A stretch of DNA of 62,855 nt, filler included, from Trichomonas gallinae (lineage: Eukaryota), in NCBI GenBank assembly GCA_008369845.1. It is 6 parts of 6 records of this genome, joined end to end, with 100 filler letters (N's around TTAATTAATTAA, not from the genome) between each part and the next. Parts side by side here need not be neighbours in the genome. Positions count along the whole stretch, not along the records: positions 50,495 to 58,211 come from MRSU01000404.1; positions 58,312 to 62,855 come from MRSU01000406.1; 4 more parts are not named here. One strand, written 5' to 3'. The translations under genes and the position numbers were made by a program. Each line of letters begins with the position of its first letter. The first letter of the stretch is position 1. Below, piece by piece: positions 54,825 through 62,855 of the stretch. Below the pieces are notes generated by a model. The model did not search any database. It was not told the DNA's origin and saw only the letters and a program-made list of their open reading frames with translations.

Positions 54825-57800
54825 ATGGAGAATGGGAGTGAAAATTCTCCGGGATCGGCTGCAGTTGCGGAATTACTGTCAGATACACTCAATGAATCTG
54901 AACAGAACAAACGAGAAGAACCAATTACAGAAATTATTCCCAAAAAAACAGAGAGAAAACGAAAAACAAAGATAAATCCGATATTATCATGCTGTTGTAA
55001 ACAAAATATCATGTATTTAGCAAGAAATCAAGGATATCGAACATCAATAGTAAAATACCAAGGAAAAATTCCAAAATGGAAACACGAAGTTGTCATTTTA
55101 TCGCATTGTACACACTTAGAATGCAATTTTGATCTGTTATTTGCAGCTTTTACTGATGAAACGATTGAAATTATCGATTCTAATACGGGAATTGCAGCAT
55201 TTCCTGCCATTTACATTGATAGTGGCGTAAGAATGATGCAAATATTTCGTACAAATCATCTTTGTGTTGTTTCTAATGATAATTTTATTCGAATTTACAA
55301 ATTTTCACATGTAAACAGATGCGAATTAATATTCCAACAGAAATATCCAACGAAACTACCGCAAAATATAAGAATCAAAACTACTTATACAGTTGATTTG
55401 AAGCTTATTCCTTTAATCATTTATAACAACGAAATTGTTTATTATTCATGCAACACAAACTTCTGGTGTTTGATGTCAAGCGAAATTTTAAATGAATTCA
55501 ATGATATTCGACAACCAGAAACAATTTATGAATTAAAAGGTAAATACTTCGATCAGCTGAGTTTAATGGACATAGAGTTTGTTAATACAATATGCACTAT
55601 CATTAGAATCTATTTGAATCCAGATAAGAATCTTTTTTACAAAGCTTTGAAAATTATTAAAAATATTTTAGATTTAGCGACAACAGATCCAAATTACTGC
55701 GGTATAGATATGAGTGAGGTTTTAAGTGCTATATTTAAATTAGTCCAAGACAATTCTCCATTTTTAATTCCTTTTATTTCTAGATCATCTGAATATTGCA
55801 TTGCTATGCATGAAACATCGGATGAAATCATTTCCTTAGCAACTATTATAGAAGAAATGAAGATGGAACACTATTTGCAACAAAAACCAGTTGCTAAAAA
55901 TGTTGATTTTGAAATTAAAGAGGCTTTGAGGCGTGCAAGAGAAGCAGAGATATTGGTTACAAAAGTTCGTGAAAAAACAGAAAAGATTATTCAACAAACA
56001 GAGAAAATTATGAAGAAATTTAATGAAAATGAAAAACTACCGAAATTGGTGTCAGTAGTTGATCCAGCAGCTGTTGATAACATTAAGTCAACAGTTTACA
56101 AGATTCCAAATGATATAAATTACAAGATTGTCATTCCAAATTCTGATTTAGAAATGTTTTTGTCAACAGAAATTGGAATACAGACATACAAACAACTACT
56201 ACCAAGTTTTTATAGCTTAGATTCAAAAGGCAAGGCTTTCTTCAGAAGATTGACAGAAATTTATCAAAAAATATATAAAACAGAAATTCCTGGAGTCAGA
56301 GCAACAATATCCATTCCAAAACATGAAAACAAATCAATTGTTGATAATTCAGAAGAAAATAAGGCGAAAATACAAGAATTGCAAATGAAATCATTAGAAA
56401 CAATCAAGAAACCAGCAAATGAAAAAGAACAACAGAAAATTCTTCAACATTCAGCAAGTAGCGACACCATTGCAATCGATATTGCATCATCTCATCATAG
56501 TGAAGAGACTATTGAACCGATATTAATTGGTGGATCAGACAATTCATCAGATTCGGAACAAAGCATACCACTTGATCAATCTTACGAAAATATTTCTGAA
56601 AATCATGAAATTTCAAATTCTGATATTTTAATTCCAAAATTAACAAAGAAAAATGAAGCAGATAATGTTACTGTGCCTGCTACAAATGTCAAAACATCAA
56701 TAAATAATGAACCAATTCCTAATTATGAAAAACTTCTATCAATGTCTTTGCCAAAGCCTCAAAAATCATTAGAAAGATCATTTACTCCAATAAAATCGCC
56801 AAAAGAACCACAAAAACCTCCACACAAAATTAGCAAATTTGAATCTTCTTATTCTGATGAAGAGAATGACTCAAAATCAACAGAAAAACAAAACAAAGAT
56901 AAAGATTTATCTTCTAGTGATAATGAATCATCTTCAGACAACAATTCAAAAGATTCTGATTTTCAAAATACAGAAAATGATAACCAACAGAAGAAAGCTG
57001 TTGCACAAGAGCCATACGAATCATCATCAGACTCAGATCTTTGGGGCAACGATGATGCTCCAGTATTCCTTGGATTTAACTATGATCCAAATCAAAAATC
57101 TTTGAAAATGAGCGAACCACTAAGTCTCAATAATTCTTCTCATTCAAGTTTACTTGATGTCGTAAGACCCACAAATGACGAAAATCCAAATAATCAAATT
57201 TCAGATCTTTCGATGCAACGCATGATTCCTGTTAATAGCCTTAATGATTCCGCTAGAAATGATACCCAATCATCAAATTTAGTTCAAAGCCCAAATTCGA
57301 ATTTCGATTATCAACATTCGAAGTTTTTAAGCACAGCACAAAGAATAAATAGTCCAAGCACAGCTTATATTCAAGGAAATTATCAAATGACAAATCATGC
57401 AGCTCCTTCTGTAATTCATAGACTTATAGAGAAAAGATCAAGTGATAATAATTTGTCTGCAACTGCAGCACCTCAAAAACCAATACCTCAGATTTCTAAT
57501 ACAGCTAACAAACAAACACAACAAAATCCAGTTACACAAACCATCCATGTTTTTCACCCACCAATGATATCTATAGATTCAGTAGAAACTTTAAATAATT
57601 CCATCCAAATTACCCCTTCAACTGCCACCATTCAACAAGTTCCAATTATGATTCAAAGACAGCCACAGATTACTCAACAGCCACAAAATACTCCTTCAAC
57701 AGCCACAATTCAACAAGTTCCAATTACAGTTCAAAGGCAGCGACAAATTGACAATACATTGAACTTTTTGGGTCAGATTCCTCCAGAACAATTACGAAAT

Positions 57801-57920
57801 AGGCTTTATTCAATGCATCGCATTATAACTAGACCTGTCAATCCACCACCTCCAAATCCACCAAAAACGCAGCAGATGGAACCGATATATGTTTCAGATA
57901 GTTCTTCCGATGAAAATTAG
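54825..57920 (+). CDS. Protein with N-terminal HIRA C-terminal-like domain and long disordered tail
   Basis: AAFTDETIEIIDSNTGIAAFPAIYIDSGV..HLCVVSNDNFIRIY..YYSCNTNFWCLMS parallels the Hira domain; S/N/Q/P-rich tail. Confidence 0.6.
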   Translation: MENGSENSPGSAAVAELLSDTLNESEQNKREEPITEIIPKKTERKRKTKINPILSCCCKQNIMYLARNQGYRTSIVKYQGKIPKWKHEVVILSHCTHLECNFDLLFAAFTDETIEIIDSNTGIAAFPAIYIDSGVRMMQIFRTNHLCVVSNDNFIRIYKFSHVNRCELIFQQKYPTKLPQNIRIKTTYTVDLKLIPLIIYNNEIVYYSCNTNFWCLMSSEILNEFNDIRQPETIYELKGKYFDQLSLMDIEFVNTICTIIRIYLNPDKNLFYKALKIIKNILDLATTDPNYCGIDMSEVLSAIFKLVQDNSPFLIPFISRSSEYCIAMHETSDEIISLATIIEEMKMEHYLQQKPVAKNVDFEIKEALRRAREAEILVTKVREKTEKIIQQTEKIMKKFNENEKLPKLVSVVDPAAVDNIKSTVYKIPNDINYKIVIPNSDLEMFLSTEIGIQTYKQLLPSFYSLDSKGKAFFRRLTEIYQKIYKTEIPGVRATISIPKHENKSIVDNSEENKAKIQELQMKSLETIKKPANEKEQQKILQHSASSDTIAIDIASSHHSEETIEPILIGGSDNSSDSEQSIPLDQSYENISENHEISNSDILIPKLTKKNEADNVTVPATNVKTSINNEPIPNYEKLLSMSLPKPQKSLERSFTPIKSPKEPQKPPHKISKFESSYSDEENDSKSTEKQNKDKDLSSSDNESSSDNNSKDSDFQNTENDNQQKKAVAQEPYESSSDSDLWGNDDAPVFLGFNYDPNQKSLKMSEPLSLNNSSHSSLLDVVRPTNDENPNNQISDLSMQRMIPVNSLNDSARNDTQSSNLVQSPNSNFDYQHSKFLSTAQRINSPSTAYIQGNYQMTNHAAPSVIHRLIEKRSSDNNLSATAAPQKPIPQISNTANKQTQQNPVTQTIHVFHPPMISIDSVETLNNSIQITPSTATIQQVPIMIQRQPQITQQPQNTPSTATIQQVPITVQRQRQIDNTLNFLGQIPPEQLRNRLYSMHRIITRPVNPPPPNPPKTQQMEPIYVSDSSSDEN
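57612..57749 (+). repeat. Internal coding duplication (78-bp period)
   Basis: TPSTATIQQVPIMIQRQPQI / TPSTATIQQVPITVQRQRQI. Confidence 0.85.
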
Positions 57921-58135
57921 CTTTTAATCACTTTTTGTTTTTATTGTATATTATAAATTGTTTTACTTGATATGTTATATACTAAATACATTGTTTTTAT
58001 TGTATATCTTAATTTATATTAAATGTTCATTGTTTTACTTGATGATTATCATTGAATTTTTCAATTTTTGTTATGAATTAATAAAACAAGCGGCATAAAA
58101 GAAGAATTAACATATAATTAAGGATTAAAAACAAA

Positions 58136-58211
58136 AGAGGGGGAACTCCCTCCACCTTTTCAGATCGCCTCGAAACCATGCCTGTTGGATACATATGGCA
58201 TAGGGGAATAT
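58136..58211 (+). mobile_element. Terminus of repeated element, copy 2
   Basis: AGAGGGGGAACTCCCTCCACCTTTTCAGATCGCCTCGAAACC... near-identical to 18592-18667; runs into gap. Confidence 0.7.
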
Positions 58212-58311
58212 NNNNNNNNNNNNNNNNNNNNNNNNNNNNNNNNNNNNNNNNNNNNTTAATTAATTAANNNNNNNNNNNNNNNNNNNNNNNNNNNNNNNNN
58301 NNNNNNNNNNN
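58212..58311. other. Assembly gap with linker
   Basis: 44N-TTAATTAATTAA-44N. Confidence 0.97.
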
Positions 58312-58343
<32 letters not shown>

Positions 58344-58382
58344 GTTGACTTCTATTCCAGGAACTGTGAGAAGGAGTTTGAC
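58312..58382 (-). pseudogene. 41-nt ankyrin-repeat fragment followed by poly(A) of at least 30 nt
   Basis: Minus strand reads VKLLLTVPGIEVNA then A30; near-identical to 39980-40021. Confidence 0.6.
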
Positions 58383-58420
58383 TAAAAAGTACCATGATAA
58401 TGAAAATATCTAATATTTAT

Positions 58421-59752
58421 TTAGAGAGGATGTGATGTTGAAGTGTAGCGTGGTGGAACATACCTCCAATTAATAATAACATATAAGAAAATAAGAACGC
58501 AAAAAGCGACTAAATTCGCGAAAAGCAAAGTATCGAGCGGCAAATTCTCTTCTCGCTCGATGTTAACATCAGAAACGTGTGCAAGCATGGCTCCAATAGC
58601 CCATGAGAGGTCAATACCATTGATGTCATCGAGTTTCTGGATTTCAGCATTTCCATCTCTGAATCCGAATCCTTTTGTGAGTAGAACATATTGGTAGGCT
58701 GCGCAGTAGCAGTACGTGTGTGCGTATTCAAGGGAATCTTTTCCTTCCTGCTCTTTTGCGATTGTTTCCCAATTCTTCTGGCAATATTCTGTTCCTTTCT
58801 GCTTGAGATCTTCAAGTGTCGACGTAGTCGGCAATCCGAAGAAAGCGTTAGCGAAATAAAGGTTTGCCATGCCTACAAGTTTCTTTACATTTGCAATGCC
58901 TGGAATGTTGATTGTTTCGAAGTGTGGGCCGTCGATGAGGATCTTCTTAGCTATTTTAGCGCATCTCTCGAAGTCTCCTGTGCCCTCTACTTGTATTGGC
59001 TCTTTTCCTGGAATTGTTGTTTTATATCCTTTAGGAAAACAAGGATTTGTGACTGTATCGTTGTCATTGACCGCTGATATGGCCTTGGAAATGGATCTAG
59101 ATGATACATCAACGCCGTAGCCGAGATATGAATGTGAAAAAACGCGAATCTTTCTGTTTCCAACTGAAACTAACAAAGACTCATCATATTTGTCGCTCTC
59201 GTTGACTTCGACTGCAATTTGGAAGCTTGCACCGCCTAAATCCATGGCTCCAAAATATGGTTGATTATTTCCTGGTTTAAAGTTCCCAAGAAGATGGTTT
59301 ACTGATAGCCAGCCGTAAACACATTCCTCGACGCCATTTATGACCCTGACATTATTCCTGGATATTCTAAACTTGTATTTTGATGAAATGAAATTGTAAA
59401 CTTGATCGCAAACTGCTTCTTGCTGGTTGTTTTGGAGAAGACGCATGCCAGCTGTTGCGAAAACATACATAGGAGTCGATGAACGTTCCGAATTTGGAAT
59501 ATATTTTTCAGCTGTTTCGCAAATTGGTTTGAAAATCCTTTCAATCAACTCTGGATCCTTAGCTGAGTCTGCCAATCTTATTTTTATCTTGATTTTGACA
59601 GGTTTTCCATTATCATAAATTGGTTTTACATCTGGGACTTCTGTAGCTGAGTCCCAGGTATATACAAAGGCTCTAGTGCCAGAAGAGCCGGCGTCGACCA
59701 TGATTCCGTAGTTTGCTTTCGAAATGGAAGAAGCCAAAAATAAAGCAAACAT
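58421..59752 (-). CDS. GDA1/CD39 family NTPDase (apyrase)
   Basis: ACR1 VDAGSSGTR, ACR2 ATAGMRLL, ACR3 GVEECVYGWLSVN, ACR4 MDLGGASFQI, ACR5 SWAIGAM; signal peptide and C-terminal TM. Confidence 0.96.
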   Translation of the reverse strand: MFALFLASSISKANYGIMVDAGSSGTRAFVYTWDSATEVPDVKPIYDNGKPVKIKIKIRLADSAKDPELIERIFKPICETAEKYIPNSERSSTPMYVFATAGMRLLQNNQQEAVCDQVYNFISSKYKFRISRNNVRVINGVEECVYGWLSVNHLLGNFKPGNNQPYFGAMDLGGASFQIAVEVNESDKYDESLLVSVGNRKIRVFSHSYLGYGVDVSSRSISKAISAVNDNDTVTNPCFPKGYKTTIPGKEPIQVEGTGDFERCAKIAKKILIDGPHFETINIPGIANVKKLVGMANLYFANAFFGLPTTSTLEDLKQKGTEYCQKNWETIAKEQEGKDSLEYAHTYCYCAAYQYVLLTKGFGFRDGNAEIQKLDDINGIDLSWAIGAMLAHVSDVNIEREENLPLDTLLFANLVAFCVLIFLYVIINWRYVPPRYTSTSHPL

Positions 59753-60327
59753 TTTTGTCAGTTTTAGTTTAGAAATCTGTCATGTAAAATGATTTTATCT
59801 GACATTATTCATTTTCCACGAATTTCTCGCTAATTACATTAATAACAACCTATTTCTATATTACATCTACTTTTTATTCATCATATTTATAGTTATAATA
59901 ATGACTATTTGATTAATTATTCTATTTTATTAATTTTGAATTTCAATTTGTTGTGCGTCTAATAATATATCTTATTCTGATCCATCTTGTATATCTATTT
60001 TAAGCTGCTGTATATCTATAAATACAAAATATCCATATGATTTTGCTACTATTTCTTATCTAATGTTGTGTACATCCTTGTTATCATGTTATATATGATA
60101 GGGATGTAATATATTGAGGTGGAGCATCTTGCAATATATCATTCTATTGATTTTATGAATAAAATATCAAAACAATATAATTTCGAAGTAATTATTGTTG
60201 CATAATTGTCAAAATGAAATGTATTGAATGTCAGTATTATGATAAATGAGAATCAAAAGGAATTAATGAAAAAATACTATTGGATGAAATTTACTAAAAC
60301 AAAAGTGAATAAATAGAAAGATATAGG

Positions 60328-60975
60328 TTATACCAACAAGCAGCATTGCGAATCTTTCTTATGTTTTGGAGGAGGAACTTGATCTGTAAGATGAATTGGA
60401 TGTGACTCTGGATTAGCCTTTATTTCGGCTGCGACCTTGAATAATTCGTTAACTCCATTACCACTGACGGATGACGTTTCGATATAATAGTTGTGTGCTA
60501 TATTTCTAGTGATGTTAGAAATAATGTCTGGATGAATGTTCATTTTATCGGCGTGTGTTCCACATATGATGATATTGGCCTTAATGTCAAACTTAAAAAT
60601 CTCTTTCGCCCATAAAAGCAAATTATTGCATGAATCTTCATTTTGTAAGCTCATGCATAATACGAATACATCAGTATCTGGATAAGATCTCATTCGAATT
60701 TCTTTATCATCAGCTCCGCATGCAGAATCCCATACTACAATATGAATTGTTGTGTTTTTATCCTCGATTCCTACATCTTTTTGGTAGTTTGGTGTTATAA
60801 TTGGAAGTTCTCCTTTAGGAATTTGACCATTTTTGAAAAACAAAGAAAGTGATGTTTTTCCGACCCCTTCATCACCAATAAGAACAACCTTGCAGTCTTT
60901 CTCAATCCGCTCTAGCTGTGGTGCACCTTCTAGGTTGTCAGGCTGGATTGTTATTGGATCTTGATTTTCAGGCAT
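60328..60975 (-). CDS. Atypical Rho/Rac-family small GTPase
   Basis: KVVLIGDEGVGKTS, RMRSYPDTDVFVLC, YIETSS, CAAX CCLLV; ATG at 60975. Confidence 0.88.
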   Translation of the reverse strand: MPENQDPITIQPDNLEGAPQLERIEKDCKVVLIGDEGVGKTSLSLFFKNGQIPKGELPIITPNYQKDVGIEDKNTTIHIVVWDSACGADDKEIRMRSYPDTDVFVLCMSLQNEDSCNNLLLWAKEIFKFDIKANIIICGTHADKMNIHPDIISNITRNIAHNYYIETSSVSGNGVNELFKVAAEIKANPESHPIHLTDQVPPPKHKKDSQCCLLV

Positions 60976-62145
60976 TTTTTTGGAATAAAAAATGATCGAT
61001 TTTTTTACAAATTTTTGAATAAAAAATTCTATACTATTTGACAATTTACAAAGATTTATGACAATGTTATTGACAATTTTTATTTTGTTGTTTTCAGTCA
61101 AATTCCAGTTCCATTTTGTCTATTTTCCTCTTTTTCAAATAAAAAGAGAGTATTATAAATTGACACTTTACACTGATTTATGACAAGATTTTTGACAGTT
61201 ATCTTATTTTGCTATTTTTCACTCAAATTCTATATCAATTTTATCTAATGAATCATTTGCCCAAGTTTAAAAATTTAAATATGTAAATTCAAGATTAAAT
61301 CAACGATTATTTTCAAGATCTTTAGTAGATTCATCATTGATGGATCCTTATTAATATGTGTATATTGGTCACAACGGAAAATTATGAATAAATTTTATTC
61401 CGGAAATCAATTTAATGGAAAAGACAATATTTGGTGTGGAATAGATATATTTCGATGCATATATGAATATTCGATAATTTAAAGTGAAGAACCATACGAT
61501 CTAATGTTTACAAATGGCAGCTATTGAAAAAAAAATGCGATCAGGAAAAACCAAAAATAGGAAAATTAGAATGTATGCATTGTATTGCACATTTTGCATA
61601 AGGAGAAGAAAAGTCCTATTCATATCACTTCACGTGACAATTCGCGATAATTTAGCTCTCAAACCATTCTTTTCCATTGAAAATGTCAAATATTTGATTT
61701 GAAAATAATATTGTTTGGTTTGCATTATTAAGCTCTTTGCTACGATTTATATTAACATTATTTCAAAAGTAATTTTGTGAAGAATTGTTTTATCCAACCT
61801 GTTAAATATTATATTATATCTGATAACTTCCATTTTTCCATTTTACAATTTTATTTTCAATGAAAATTCGTTTAGAATTTTTACTACTTTTTGAGATATT
61901 TACAATTTATGATATCCAATAAAAAGGCTAATTATATATAATACACCAAAAGGTAAATCAATGCGAAAGTGTTTTTTCAGAGGTTTACTAATTTTTGTAG
62001 TTTAGAAATGTATCTAAATCCAATAATAAGTCTAAATATCACAAAATTAGGATAAAATCAAAACGGTTTGGCCTACCGTGGTTTTCAATGGTTTACATCT
62101 ATTTAAAAATCATCATTCAAATTTTCGGTTTTTGTAAACCTTCAG

Positions 62146-62817
62146 ATGTATTGTGAGCGGGTAGATCTAATGAACACCAATGACATTCCGAAGTTTTGGG
62201 GACTTCTAAATACCGCCGACAGGTACCAATACATGTATCTCAGAGCAGCTCTCTCTGCACAGAGTGGTAAAAACATTCGAAACAAGAGAGTTGAGAACTT
62301 CGCAGAGACACTCCAAGCCATCAAGCAGTTCTGCATCAAAGGCGATGGTCAAGATTGGCTTCGCTTCCTGGTTGCAGGAATCTGCTGGCTTCCAGACGGA
62401 GGCATCGCAGTTAACACTCACCAGCTGCGCCTCCTTGTTGTCAAATGCAAGTCTTCCATTAACGGATCGCTCCATAAGATGGGTTTCAATTACAGCATGG
62501 AAAGATCAGAGGCAATTGCCGCTATCATCCGTGTTATCCCACATCTTAAGGACAACCAAGCAGAACTCCGTCAATGGACTGTGAGATTAGACCAACCAGT
62601 TTCTATCTCTCCACCATCTACATCCCCAATAGAGCAAAATGTTTTTCAATCGCAGCATGTTGAATTCCTGGTTCACGAGGCCATTGCCCCGAAGCAGGAG
62701 GCTCCTTCAACAGTTGCTGCAGAGGTAGTCAGCTCCGAGCTCTCTGATTCCTCTTTCATTGATTTTTCAGAGCTTGATCTTGGGTTCGATGCTTCCTTTG
62801 GTTGCGACTTCTGGTAA
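62146..62817 (+). CDS. Initiator-binding domain (IBD, IBP39-like) transcription factor
   Basis: FCIKGDGQDWLRFLVAGICWL..IAVNTHQLRLLVVKCKSSINGSL..ELRQWTVR; upstream AAACGGTT (62061) and TCATT Inr. Confidence 0.9.
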   Translation: MYCERVDLMNTNDIPKFWGLLNTADRYQYMYLRAALSAQSGKNIRNKRVENFAETLQAIKQFCIKGDGQDWLRFLVAGICWLPDGGIAVNTHQLRLLVVKCKSSINGSLHKMGFNYSMERSEAIAAIIRVIPHLKDNQAELRQWTVRLDQPVSISPPSTSPIEQNVFQSQHVEFLVHEAIAPKQEAPSTVAAEVVSSELSDSSFIDFSELDLGFDASFGCDFW

Positions 62818-62855
62818 GCATCGGGCTATCGGATGGTTTAAGTAAATCATCTCTA

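Noticed and set aside
1..62855. tRNA, rRNA or snRNA genes
   Set aside because: No cloverleaf or conserved RNA motif recognised by eye; tRNAscan-SE and Infernal would be needed to exclude them

Overview
AT-rich, gene-dense eukaryotic DNA with no convincing introns. It is almost certainly a parabasalid, most likely Trichomonas vaginalis (inference from Inr TCAYW, CCTTT and AAAGTGAC core-promoter motifs, TAAA signals overlapping stop codons, three R2R3-Myb genes, an IBP39-type IBD protein and ankyrin-family expansions). It is a scaffold with five artificial 100-nt gaps (44N-TTAATTAATTAA-44N). There are about 35 protein genes, including two importin-beta-like HEAT proteins, eL36, partial uL6/L9 and actin, Dus, CLN3, an NTPDase, a CFAP74-like protein, a ricin-C2-C2 protein and a furin-like Cys-rich surface protein. 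Several pseudogenes and transposon-end remnants are also present. The most notable observations are: (1) a secreted protein carrying a 43-aa cationic amphipathic helix resembling antimicrobial peptides; (2) a recurrent promoter element TGACAYGTAAA, including a five-copy array with about 22-bp phasing; (3) several recognisable folds with substituted catalytic or ligand-binding residues (beta-lactamase-like, eIF4E, bromodomain, thioredoxin, Rho); (4) a HIRA C-terminal domain without its WD40 domain. All family calls come from recognising motifs by eye; no database searches were run. Several starts were moved to the first plausible ATG because the ORF track also uses GTG/TTG.
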